A stretch of DNA of 64,000 bases from Hyphomicrobiales bacterium. Its GTDB lineage: Bacteria > Pseudomonadota > Alphaproteobacteria > Rhizobiales > Xanthobacteraceae. The DNA is taken from the NCBI GenBank assembly GCA_017305595.1, contig JAFKKL010000010.1, positions 185 to 64,184 of the forward strand, written 5' to 3'. The translations under genes were made by a program, and so were the position numbers. The notes beneath the pieces were generated by a model that ran no database searches, was not told the origin of the DNA, and saw nothing but the letters and a program-made list of their open reading frames with translations. This document shows positions 26,928 to 36,093 of this stretch, in pieces (position 1 is the stretch's first letter; the number at the start of each line of letters is the position of its first letter).

Positions 26928-27716
26928 ATGAGCGATATCGTGTTGCAGGATCTCGATCAGGGTCTGTTGACGATCACCATGAACCGGCCCGATCGCCGCA
27001 ACGCGCTGAACGCTGAAATGGTGGCCGGGCTGATCGATGCGGCGCGGCGCGCTGCTGATGATCGTGAGGTGCGCGCCGTATTGCTGAAAGGCGCCGGTGG
27101 TACGTTCTGTGTCGGCGGCGACGTCAAGGCGATGGCGGCAGTGAAGGTGCCGCCGCCGCTCGAAGAAAAAGTGACCACGCTGCGGCGGGGCATGGAAGTT
27201 TCACGCATCCTGCATCAGATGCAGAAGCCGGTGGTGGCGCAACTCGATGGCGCGGCTGCAGGGGCCGGGCTGTCGATGGCGCTGGCCTGCGATTTACGCG
27301 TCGCCAGCGCGTCGGTGAAGATTACGACCGCTTTCGCCAAGGTTGGCTATTCCGGCGATTACGGCGGCACCTTCTTCCTCACTCAGATGCTGGGTAGCGC
27401 CAAGGCGCGCGAGCTCTATCTGTTGTCGCCGGTGCTGTCGGCGCAGGAAGCTCATGCGCTCGGCATGGTGACGCGGGTGGTACCAGACGCCGAGATCGAG
27501 ACGGCGGCACGCGATCTGGCAATGTCGCTGGCGCAGGGGCCGACGGTGACGCTCGGCTACATCAAGAAGAACATCAACAACGCCGAGAGCCTTTCACTCG
27601 AAGCTTGCTTCGACGGCGAGGCGCTGCATCATTCCCGTTGCAGCGATACGGCGGACCACAAGGAAGCCGCGGCGGCGTTCGTCACCAAGCGGACACCGGT
27701 TTTCAAAGGGCATTGA
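26928..27716 (+). CDS. Enoyl-CoA hydratase/isomerase (crotonase) family protein
   Basis: ITMNRPDRRNALN...GAGGTFCVGGDVK...VAQLDGAAAGAGLSMALACDLRVA are crotonase oxyanion-hole motifs. Confidence 0.9.
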   Translation: MSDIVLQDLDQGLLTITMNRPDRRNALNAEMVAGLIDAARRAADDREVRAVLLKGAGGTFCVGGDVKAMAAVKVPPPLEEKVTTLRRGMEVSRILHQMQKPVVAQLDGAAAGAGLSMALACDLRVASASVKITTAFAKVGYSGDYGGTFFLTQMLGSAKARELYLLSPVLSAQEAHALGMVTRVVPDAEIETAARDLAMSLAQGPTVTLGYIKKNINNAESLSLEACFDGEALHHSRCSDTADHKEAAAAFVTKRTPVFKGH

Positions 27717-27717
27717 G

Positions 27718-28482
27718 ATGACAAGCGATATGCGGCTGCGGCAGGTCTGTCTGGTTGCGCCGCATCTCGAGCCAGTGATCGGCGATCTTGCCGTGATCTT
27801 CGGGCTCAACGTGTGTTATCGCGATCCCCATGTCGGCAAGTACGGCCTGGAGAATGCGCTGTTGCCGATCGATACGACGCTGCTTGAAGTCGTCGCGCCA
27901 TTTCAGGATGGCACGGCAGCCGGGCGCTTTCTCCAGCGCACTGGCAATCGCGGCGGTTACATGGCGATTTTCGCCTGCGACGATCCGGATGAGCGCGGTC
28001 GCCATGCCGCGACGCTCGGCGTCCGCACCGCCAATGTCATCGATCATCCGCCCTATCATGGTGTGCAACTGCATCCGCGCGATTGCCGCGCCGCCTTCAT
28101 CGAGTTCAACCACACCGAAGGCAGCGACAATATTCGCGGGCCTTACCCGCCGGCTGGGCCCAACTGGCAGGCGTCGATCCGAACCGACGTGACGCAAGCA
28201 CTGCTTGGCGTTGAATTGCAGAGTCCCGATCCGGCAGGCTTAGCGCGGCACTGGAGTGCGATCATCGGCGCGCCGGTTAGCGCCGCGGACAACGGTGACC
28301 CCGAAATCGTGCTGGTGAACGGCCGCCTGCGTTTCGTCGCGGGCGCGGACGAATTGATGACCGGCGTGATGATGCAGGTCCGCGATGTCGATTCGGTTCT
28401 TTCCACCGCGAAGGCCAAGGGGCACGCCATCGACGGCAGCTCATTTCTATTGGGCGGTGTTGCGTTCCGGTTGACTAACTAA
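27718..28482 (+). CDS. VOC/glyoxalase-like domain protein (tentative)
   Basis: It starts 2 nt after the hydratase stop. The N-terminal RLRQVCLVAPHLEPVIGDLAVIFGL and internal repeats resemble glyoxalase-like (VOC) modules. This assignment is weak. Confidence 0.5.
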   Translation: MTSDMRLRQVCLVAPHLEPVIGDLAVIFGLNVCYRDPHVGKYGLENALLPIDTTLLEVVAPFQDGTAAGRFLQRTGNRGGYMAIFACDDPDERGRHAATLGVRTANVIDHPPYHGVQLHPRDCRAAFIEFNHTEGSDNIRGPYPPAGPNWQASIRTDVTQALLGVELQSPDPAGLARHWSAIIGAPVSAADNGDPEIVLVNGRLRFVAGADELMTGVMMQVRDVDSVLSTAKAKGHAIDGSSFLLGGVAFRLTN

Positions 28483-28529
28483 TCGGAGCGAACACTGCAG
28501 CCGCTGCCATATCTCAGGATCAAGCGAAC

Positions 28530-30680
28530 ATGACCGACGCGCCAATGACCAGCCGCATCCATCCGCTGGACAGTTTCTTCGCGCCCTCCAGCATCGCGAT
28601 CATCGGCGCATCGCGGGACGCGCTGAAAATCCCTGGCCTGCTGCTGACGTTCCTGCGTCGCAACGGCTTTCCCGGTTGGATATACCCGGTCAATCCGAAC
28701 TATCCGAACATCGATGGGCTCGCTTGTTATCCGTCCGTCGCCGACATCAAGCAGCCGATCGATCTTGCCATTGTCATCATTCCCGCGCGGGCGGTGTTGA
28801 ACGCGCTCAGGGAGTGCGCGGCTGTTGGTGTGAAGAACGCGATCATTATCTCGTCCGGCTTTGCCGAGGAGGGCGGCGACAGCGCGACGATGCAGGACGC
28901 TATAGCCGATCTCGCCCGCACGACCGGTATGCGAATCTCGGGGCCGAATGCCGAAGGATTTTACAACGAACTCGGCCAGGTCGCGGCGACGTTCAGCCCG
29001 ACTGTCGACGTGAAGCCCGATGCACCGCGCCTCTTGGCGACGCAACGGCGCATCGGCATCGTTGCGCAAAGTGGTGGTATCGGCTTTGCGATCTACAACC
29101 GCGCTCGCGCACTGGGGATCGCACTGAGTTATGTCGTCAGCGCCGGCAACGAAGCTGATCTCGGCGCGGGTGCGTTCTTCGACTACATGGTGCGCGATGC
29201 GTCCACCGACGTCATCTTGCTGTTTCTGGAAGGCATCCGCGATACGGATACGTTTCTCGCCGCTGCCGAGCGCGCGGCTGAAACAGGTAAGCCGGTGATC
29301 GTCGTCAAGGTCGGACGCTCCGGTGCCGGCGGCCGCGCCGCGGCCTCGCACACCGCCAGTATGGCGGGATGGTCGGCAGCCTACGACGCGGTGTTCGCCA
29401 GGTATGGCTTCATCGTTTCCAACGATCTCGACGAAGCGGTGACGATCGCGGCGGTGCTGACCGCGTCGCCGCTGCCGAAGGGCGATCGGGTTGCGGTGGT
29501 CACGGTGTCCGGCGGCGGCGGCATCTGGGGGGCCGATGTCGTGTCCTCGCAAGGGCTTCGGGTGCCCGAACTGTCGCCGCCGACGCAGGCCGCCATTCGC
29601 GACATGATTCCGTCTTATGGTTCGCCCCGCAATCCGATCGATATCACCGCGCAGGCGGTGCATAGCGGCGGATTGCAGAAGACCATCGAACTGCTTGCGC
29701 AGGGCGATGAGGTCGATGCCGTTCTTGTGGTGCTGTCGCTGTCGAACGAGACGCGGATTCCGTTCAAGATCGACGCGTTGAAGCCGTTGATCGATGCCCG
29801 GCACAAACCGATCGTGTTCTACACCTACACGCTGCCGTCGCATTTCGCGCGGACGGAATTGGCCAAGGCCGGCGTCGTCGTATTGTCCGGCCTCTCGCAT
29901 GTCGGCGTTGCAATGCGTTGCGCCGTGGAGCGTGCACGATTCAGGCTCGCCGCACCGCCGGATGACGGCGCGACGAAGCGGCTCGACCTGACGCGGTATC
30001 TGAACAGCGACAAGCTCTCGGAACATGACAGCAAGTGTCTGCTGGCGGCGGCGGGCGTATCTTTGCCAAATGAAATTCTGGTTTCGCATCGTGAGGGTCT
30101 CAACGAAGCGATTGCGCGCGTGGGTCTACCGCTGGCGATGAAAATCCAATCCGCTGATATTTCGCACAAGAGCGAGGTCGGCGGTGTTCACCTCAACATC
30201 GCGAGCGAGCAGGAGGCCGTGCAGGGGTACGACGATTTGCTGACGCGCACCAACGCGCGACGGCCAGACGCAACCGTTCAGGGGGTCCTGTTGACACCGA
30301 TGGCGAAGCCGGGGGTCGAAATCATTGTCGGCACCATGCAGGATGCAACCTTCGGCGCAATGATTATGGTGGGCTTTGGCGGCGTCACCACCGAGCTGTT
30401 CAAGGACGTGATCTATCGTCCCGCGCCGGTCGGTGCCGATGAAGCGATGACGATGCTGAATGAGTTGAAAGCCGCGCCGCTGCTGCACGGTTTTCGCGGC
30501 ACGCCAAAGGCCGATGTCGGTGCGTTAGCAACCTTGATAGCCCAAATCTCACAACTGGCGGCACGGGATCGCGATGCCATCGCGGAGATCGAGATCAATC
30601 CGGTGCTGGTGCATCCGGAAGGCGAGGGCACCACCATCGTCGATGCGCTGGTGGTGCCGATCGCGAAGGAAAGGCTTTAG
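28530..30680 (+). CDS. ADP-forming acyl-CoA synthetase (acetate--CoA ligase family; fused CoA-binding/ligase and ATP-grasp domains)
   Basis: N-terminal CoA-binding SIAIIGASRD...YPVNPNY, ligase-CoA domain (VAQSGGIG), and a C-terminal ATP-grasp half (LSEHDSKCLLAAAGV...MKIQSADISHKSEVGGV). 716 aa. Confidence 0.85.
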   Translation: MTDAPMTSRIHPLDSFFAPSSIAIIGASRDALKIPGLLLTFLRRNGFPGWIYPVNPNYPNIDGLACYPSVADIKQPIDLAIVIIPARAVLNALRECAAVGVKNAIIISSGFAEEGGDSATMQDAIADLARTTGMRISGPNAEGFYNELGQVAATFSPTVDVKPDAPRLLATQRRIGIVAQSGGIGFAIYNRARALGIALSYVVSAGNEADLGAGAFFDYMVRDASTDVILLFLEGIRDTDTFLAAAERAAETGKPVIVVKVGRSGAGGRAAASHTASMAGWSAAYDAVFARYGFIVSNDLDEAVTIAAVLTASPLPKGDRVAVVTVSGGGGIWGADVVSSQGLRVPELSPPTQAAIRDMIPSYGSPRNPIDITAQAVHSGGLQKTIELLAQGDEVDAVLVVLSLSNETRIPFKIDALKPLIDARHKPIVFYTYTLPSHFARTELAKAGVVVLSGLSHVGVAMRCAVERARFRLAAPPDDGATKRLDLTRYLNSDKLSEHDSKCLLAAAGVSLPNEILVSHREGLNEAIARVGLPLAMKIQSADISHKSEVGGVHLNIASEQEAVQGYDDLLTRTNARRPDATVQGVLLTPMAKPGVEIIVGTMQDATFGAMIMVGFGGVTTELFKDVIYRPAPVGADEAMTMLNELKAAPLLHGFRGTPKADVGALATLIAQISQLAARDRDAIAEIEINPVLVHPEGEGTTIVDALVVPIAKERL

Positions 30681-31477
30681 CGCCCCTTGAAGTTGGCGAC
30701 ACGACGCTCCTCGGTGGCTTTGACGCCTTCCTTGAAGTCTTCGGTGGCGCGCAGCCGCGTTTGCTCGTCGAGCTCGTGATTGGTCGCGGCCAGCACGCGA
30801 TCGGCCAGCCCCGCGCGCATCGTCGCGCGTGTCGACAACAGGCCGAGCGGTGAGCATTCGGCGATCTCGCTGGCAAGTTTTGTCGCCGCTGCGCGGACCT
30901 CGCTCAGCGGCACGCAAACGTTGGCGAGGCCCATGGCAAGCGCTTCTTCGCCGGTGACGCGACGGCTGGTATAGAACATCAGCTCGGCGTTATTCTTGCC
31001 GATCAACTCGGGCAGCGTTACCGTCAGGCCAAAGCCGGGGTGGAAGCCGAGCTTGGTGAAGTTCGCGGCGAAGCGCGCCTCCGGACAGGTGACGCGGAAA
31101 TCCGCCGACACCGCGAGCCCGAGACCACCGCCGATCGCCGCGCCTTGCACGGCGGCGATGATCGGCTTCTTGGCGCGGAATATACGCACCGCCTGAATGT
31201 AGAGGTGGTTGATGGGGCCGAGGCTGTCGGCTGGGTCCCCACCGGTCGGTCCGCTCTCCTGCCGGTTCGGATCGTTGAAGTTGGCGCCGGCGCAGAACGC
31301 CTTGCCCTGCGCGGCCAGCACGGTGGCGCGCATCTCCGGGTCGTTATCGATATCGGTCAAGGCATCGGCGATCTGGTTGATCAGCGAGATGTCGAAGAAG
31401 TTGAACGGCGGCCGCTGGATTTCGATGGTGGCGACGTGGCCGCTCTTGGTGAAGCCGATATCGGTGAACTTGCTCAT
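30677..31477 (-). CDS. Enoyl-CoA hydratase/isomerase family protein
   Basis: ORF trimmed to ATG 31477. TIEIQRPPFNFF...GKAFCAGANF...AAVQGAAIGGGLGLAVSADFRV. Confidence 0.9.
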   Translation of the reverse strand: MSKFTDIGFTKSGHVATIEIQRPPFNFFDISLINQIADALTDIDNDPEMRATVLAAQGKAFCAGANFNDPNRQESGPTGGDPADSLGPINHLYIQAVRIFRAKKPIIAAVQGAAIGGGLGLAVSADFRVTCPEARFAANFTKLGFHPGFGLTVTLPELIGKNNAELMFYTSRRVTGEEALAMGLANVCVPLSEVRAAATKLASEIAECSPLGLLSTRATMRAGLADRVLAATNHELDEQTRLRATEDFKEGVKATEERRVANFKGR

Positions 31478-31521
31478 AACGATCCTTGATGGTGTGAGTT
31501 GCGAGGTGATGGTGGTGTCGT

Positions 31522-32682
31522 TTAGCGCAATCCGAGCCCGCGCGCGATGATGCCGCGCAGCACTTCGGTGGTGCCGCCCTGGATGGTGAGTTTCGGCGCA
31601 AGCTTGGTAGCGAAGGCGAGTTGCTCGGCCAATGTTGCATGATTGGAGGGATCCACGTCGACGAAGGCCGCGAGATCGCGCACCCGATGCGGCAACTGCT
31701 GCTCCCACACCGTGCCGATGTCCTTGACGATCGAGGCTTCCACCACTGGCTCCTTGCCGGCCTGCAACATACCGGCAACCGAAACCGACATCCGCCGCAT
31801 GGTGTGCAGTTGCGCCACCAGGCGGCCGATACCTTCGGCGGCGCGCGTGTCCGGATTGGGGCCGACGGCGCGCACCAGTTCGGTCAGGACATAGTAGGTT
31901 TCAAGGAAACGTTCCGGTCCGCTGCGTTCATAAGCCAGTTCGCTGGTCGCCTGCTTCCACGCGCCGTCGATTTCGCCGAGCACATGATCGTCGGGTACAA
32001 AGGCATCGGTGAAAACCACTTCGTTGAACTCGGCCTGTCCGGTGATCTGCTTGATCGGATTCACGGCAATGCCCGGCGTCTTCATGTCGACGAGGAACTG
32101 CGTCAGGCCGTGACGGCGGTTCTCCTTGGTGGACGGCGAGGTTCGGAAGATCGCGATCATGTAGTCGGCGACGTGCGCCGACGAGGTCCAGATCTTGCTG
32201 CCGTTGATCAGCCAGCCGCCGTCGGTCTTGGTGGCCTTGGTTTTCGCCGCGAACAGATCGGAGCCGGAGTTTGGCTCGCTCATGCCGATGGAAAAGCATA
32301 CTTCGCCACGGCAGATGCGCGGCAGGATGTCCATCTTGATGTGCTCGGGGGCGTATTTCAGCAGCACTGGACCGCTCTGACGGTCGGCGACAAAAAAATG
32401 CCGGGTCGGCGCGTTGGCGACGCGCATCTCCTCGGTGACCACGTAGCGTTCGAGAAAACTGCGCTCGTGCCCGCCGTATTGCTTCGGCCAAGTCATGCCG
32501 AGCCAGCCGTGCGCGCCGACGCGGCGGCTGAATCCGCGTGCGTCATTACCTTCGCGTTGTGGCCGGTGTGGATCGAAAGTGCCGGCGGCGACCTCCTCGG
32601 CGAGAAAGGCGCGGACGTCCTTGCGAAGCGCTTCGCATTCCGGCGGCAGGCGGATCGGATCGAAACGGAGGGCTGCGGTCAT
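31522..32682 (-). CDS. Acyl-CoA dehydrogenase (probable catalytic subunit of a paired ACAD)
   Basis: ORF trimmed to ATG 32682. WPKQYGG, GMSEPNSGSDL, the TSSAHVADY region, and a C-terminal TIQGGTTEVLRGIIARGLGL (LCAD/IVD-type GGTxE rather than MCAD-type YEGT). Confidence 0.9.
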   Translation of the reverse strand: MTAALRFDPIRLPPECEALRKDVRAFLAEEVAAGTFDPHRPQREGNDARGFSRRVGAHGWLGMTWPKQYGGHERSFLERYVVTEEMRVANAPTRHFFVADRQSGPVLLKYAPEHIKMDILPRICRGEVCFSIGMSEPNSGSDLFAAKTKATKTDGGWLINGSKIWTSSAHVADYMIAIFRTSPSTKENRRHGLTQFLVDMKTPGIAVNPIKQITGQAEFNEVVFTDAFVPDDHVLGEIDGAWKQATSELAYERSGPERFLETYYVLTELVRAVGPNPDTRAAEGIGRLVAQLHTMRRMSVSVAGMLQAGKEPVVEASIVKDIGTVWEQQLPHRVRDLAAFVDVDPSNHATLAEQLAFATKLAPKLTIQGGTTEVLRGIIARGLGLR

Positions 32683-32710
32683 GTGATTTCGTCCTGAAGC
32701 AGGGCCAACC

Positions 32711-33775
32711 TTAACGCGACGCCACCAGCGGCCATAATTCGTCAGCGCCGCGCGCGGCGACGCACTTGCCGAGTTCGACTGCCCAATGGCTTTCGTTGCC
32801 GAAGTCGTCGCGCCACGCCAGCGCCCGCATCGTATAGCGATGCAGGATGTGCTCAGAGGTGAAGCCGATCGCGCCATGCACTTGATGCGCGATGGCGGCA
32901 CCCTTCTCCGCCGCTTCGGCGCAGCGGATTTTTGCGCTGACGGATTCAAGGAAAACCGCGTCGTCGAACCGTGACGCCTTGGCGATAGCATCGGCCGCCG
33001 AGCTTGCAGCCGCCAGCGCCGCCGCGGCTTCGCCTGCCAGTTTGGCGAGGTTGTGCTGCACGGCCTGGAATTTCGCGATCTTCTTTTCGAACGCGATGCG
33101 CTCGTTGGCGTATCCGACGCTGATCTCCAGCATGGATTCCAGTGCGCCTGCGATTTGCAGGCTGCGCGCCACGCCGCCCATCAGCAACAATGTGGTCGCG
33201 TCAAACTGCTGCGGTGCCGGCTTGATTGCAATGGGCTGTACCTTGTCGAAAGTGACGGTGTCGCTGGCATCGTTCGCGATGTTGAGCCCCGCTGTGATCC
33301 GGCAGTCCGCCGTATTGACGAGAGCGATCGCTAACTCGTTCGCGCTGTTGGCGACGACCGCGATGTGTCGTGTCTCGCTGGCGAAAGGGACGCTACGCGC
33401 GGTGCCGGATAGCGTGCCGTCATCGTTGAGAGCGATGCGATCTTTCGGTAAAGCGGGGGCCACCGTCATTGCGTCGAACGGCGAGGCGATGCCGGCCTGC
33501 GATAGCAGCCAGCCGGCCAGCATAGTTTCCGCCAGCGGCACTGACAGGCCGGCACGGCCGGCGGCGTTAAGCACGGCAAAGCCATCAGCGAGGCTAGCGC
33601 CGGAGCCATTGCAGTCTTCCGGTACCCACGACAGCGGCAGTCCGGCCTTGCTGAGCGCTTCCCACAGCGGCGCACGCCAGCTTGCATCCTTGCTGTGAGT
33701 GATGGTTTGCGGGTCGGCCAGGTCGGCGAAAATGCGCTCGGCCGTCGCCATTACGATGTTGTCGTTATCCGCCAC
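32711..33775 (-). CDS. Acyl-CoA dehydrogenase family protein (probable partner / beta-like subunit)
   Basis: Start GTG 33775 or ATG 33751. It has a C-terminal ACAD helical domain (HQVHGAIGFTSEHILHRYTMRALAWRDDFGNESHW) but no GGTxE/YEGT motif. It lies 29 nt upstream of the other ACAD gene. Confidence 0.8.
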   Translation of the reverse strand: MADNDNIVMATAERIFADLADPQTITHSKDASWRAPLWEALSKAGLPLSWVPEDCNGSGASLADGFAVLNAAGRAGLSVPLAETMLAGWLLSQAGIASPFDAMTVAPALPKDRIALNDDGTLSGTARSVPFASETRHIAVVANSANELAIALVNTADCRITAGLNIANDASDTVTFDKVQPIAIKPAPQQFDATTLLLMGGVARSLQIAGALESMLEISVGYANERIAFEKKIAKFQAVQHNLAKLAGEAAAALAAASSAADAIAKASRFDDAVFLESVSAKIRCAEAAEKGAAIAHQVHGAIGFTSEHILHRYTMRALAWRDDFGNESHWAVELGKCVAARGADELWPLVASR

Positions 33776-34063
33776 GGCGCTCCTCGTTGACGCAAGCACT
33801 CTTGATTGCGCGGCTCGAACGGGCCGGCACGGGCGCTCTGGTGGTCTCCAAAGGAATGATGCGAAAAACCCCACGCCCTGACAAGCCGCGATATGGGCAA
33901 GGCGATCTGCGGGAGGGTCATGCGGGTGCTCGCCATGCCACCGATTATTCCACGTAACGGATTTCTGGCGGCGTTGCCTCCGCCTTGCCTCGGGCCGATC
34001 AGGCGATATGGTGAGCGACATCAGGTCAAGCGGTCTCACAACACTCACAGGGAAGACAGAAGA

Positions 34064-34840
34064 ATGGCAAAGGACGGCATGTGTGCGATCATCACCGGGT
34101 CGGCGTCGGGTCTCGGCGCTGCCACGGCTGCGATACTGGCCAAGGACGGCGCGCGCATCGTCATCAACTATGCCTCGAGCAAGAAGGAGGCGGAGCAGAC
34201 CGCCGACTTGTGCCGTTCCACTGGTGGTGACGTTGTCGTCGTGCAGGGTGACGTATCGCGGGATGAGGATTGCAAGCGCATCGTCGCGGCGGCTGCGCCG
34301 TGGGGGCGTCTCGATGCCCTGATCAACAATGCTGGCACCACCAAGCATGTGGTTCACGAAGATCTTAACGGCCTCTCGGCCGAGGATTTCCAGCGGCTCT
34401 ACGGAGTCAACACCATCGGTCCGTTCCAGATGGTGCGCGCGGCGCGCTCGCTGCTTGAAGCCGGTGCGAAGGCCTCGGGCCGCGCTTCTGCTGTCGTCAA
34501 CGTATCGTCGATCGCGGGCCTGAGCGGCATCGGGTCGTCCGTGGCCTATGTCGCCAGCAAGGGCGGGCTGAACGCCATGACCTTGTCATTGGCCCGCGCG
34601 CTGGCGCCGCTAATCCGCGTCAACGCAGTGTGCCCCGGTTACATTGATACGCCATGGTTCGAGAAGGGTCGCGGCGTCGACGGTGCGAAGCAGGTCCGCG
34701 ATATGGTGAAAGCCAAAGTGCCGCTGAAGATTGCGTCGAGTCCCGAGGACATCGCCGGCGTGGTGTGCTTCCTCGCCGGGCCGCAGTCGTCCAACATGAC
34801 CGGCGAACTGGTACGCGTCGACGCCGGCTTCCACCTGTAA
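34064..34840 (+). CDS. SDR-family oxidoreductase
   Basis: ORF trimmed to ATG 34064. ITGSASGLGAATA (TGxxxGxG), NNAG, and S...YVASK (YxxxK). Confidence 0.9.
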   Translation: MAKDGMCAIITGSASGLGAATAAILAKDGARIVINYASSKKEAEQTADLCRSTGGDVVVVQGDVSRDEDCKRIVAAAAPWGRLDALINNAGTTKHVVHEDLNGLSAEDFQRLYGVNTIGPFQMVRAARSLLEAGAKASGRASAVVNVSSIAGLSGIGSSVAYVASKGGLNAMTLSLARALAPLIRVNAVCPGYIDTPWFEKGRGVDGAKQVRDMVKAKVPLKIASSPEDIAGVVCFLAGPQSSNMTGELVRVDAGFHL

Positions 34841-34853
34841 GAGATAAGAAAAG

Positions 34854-34882
34854 TCCGGCTCGCTGGCGTGAGCCGGATTTTT
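34854..34882 (+). terminator. Rho-independent terminator after the SDR gene
   Basis: TCCGGCTC-gctggcgt-GAGCCGGA followed by TTTTT. Coordinates were checked by frame arithmetic. Confidence 0.75.
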
Positions 34883-34901
34883 CACAGGCACTGGGCGAAG
34901 T

Positions 34902-35192
34902 TTAGCGTCCTTCCAGCCGATTGCCCGGATCGGAAATGACGCGGCGCGCCACCAGACGATTCCAGATGAACAGCACCACCAGCGCACCGATGGTGGCGGT
35001 GATGAATCCCGCGCCCTGGTTGGGGCCGTAATGCCCGATCGCCTGCCCGATGAAGGTGGCGAGGAAAGCGCCGGCGATACCCAGCACCGTGGTCAGTATG
35101 AAGCCGCTCGGATTGTTCGGACCGGGCGACACCAGGCGCGCGATAATGCCGGCGACGAAGCCGACGACGATGATCCAGATAAGCCCGCCCAT
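34902..35192 (-). CDS. GlsB/YeaQ/YmgE-family stress-response membrane protein
   Basis: ORF trimmed to ATG 35192. MGGLIWIIVVGFVAGIIARLVSPGP... is the transglycosylase-associated (YeaQ) signature. Confidence 0.85.
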   Translation of the reverse strand: MGGLIWIIVVGFVAGIIARLVSPGPNNPSGFILTTVLGIAGAFLATFIGQAIGHYGPNQGAGFITATIGALVVLFIWNRLVARRVISDPGNRLEGR

Positions 35193-35322
35193 GAGTGCTG
35201 TCCTTTCAGCAAGCTGCGATCGCAGCCGAGTGGAAATGATCGTTGGCAATAACGCGGTAGGATTGGTCTTGTCAGATAGGCGAACCGGCGGCGAACGCCG
35301 GTTCGCTCGAAGGCACAGGTCG

Positions 35323-35919
35323 TCAGAACTTGCCGGCGACCTCGCTCTCGCTTGGCACGCGGCCTTGTGGGGTGAACTCGTCGACCACTTCTGGCAGATA
35401 GCGCGACAACTCGCCGAGCAATTCGTCGCGTGACATGCCAGTCTTTGAGGTCAGCGCGTTGATGTTGTCGGCGCCGAGCGCATTGGCGAGATCGCCCGGA
35501 GAAATTTGTTTGTTCGGCCCTGAGGCGACCCATGAATCCGCGGTTTCGCCGTGGCCATTCTGCTGGAACTGCTTGAGCAGGTCACCGATGCCGCCGCTGA
35601 GGATGCTGCCCGCCGCGCCGCCCGCGAGCAGGCCGCCGAGGCCGCCTTTCAGCAGATCGCCGAGTCCACCGCCTCCGAGCGCACCGCCAAGTCCGCCGGG
35701 CAGGCTGGCGTTGATGCTACCGCCCGGTGCGGGTGCCGGCGGGGCGGTGTTGGCGGGAGCGGTCTCGGACTGGCTGCCCGTGAAATGCTTCACGGCCTTG
35801 TAGGCAAGCATCGCCAGTATAGCCATGGTCATCGGCGACATGCCTTCGCCTTTGGCGGTAGGATCGCTTGGGCCGCGCGGCCCGTTCTGCATGCCGTTGA
35901 GAATATCGAGCAAACCCAT
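35323..35919 (-). CDS. YidB-family (DUF937) protein with a Gly-rich central linker
   Basis: ORF trimmed to ATG 35919 (GGAGAC upstream). MGLLDILNG... and a C-terminal ISPGDLANALGADNINALTSKTGMSRDELLGELSRYLPEVVDEFTPQG parallel E. coli YidB. Confidence 0.8.
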   Translation of the reverse strand: MGLLDILNGMQNGPRGPSDPTAKGEGMSPMTMAILAMLAYKAVKHFTGSQSETAPANTAPPAPAPGGSINASLPGGLGGALGGGGLGDLLKGGLGGLLAGGAAGSILSGGIGDLLKQFQQNGHGETADSWVASGPNKQISPGDLANALGADNINALTSKTGMSRDELLGELSRYLPEVVDEFTPQGRVPSESEVAGKF

Positions 35920-36093
35920 CGATCCGTCTCCTATTATTTCAAAACCCGGCCCAGCCGAAGAATAGTGACCGAGCATCACCGTTACAAGACAACCTCCGAC
36001 CCCTGCCGCCAGGACTCGCTGCCGTAGGAATGGCGTCGGTATCCTGCTATCGGAATGACATACACGAACGCATAACAACGACGGACCCGCAAA

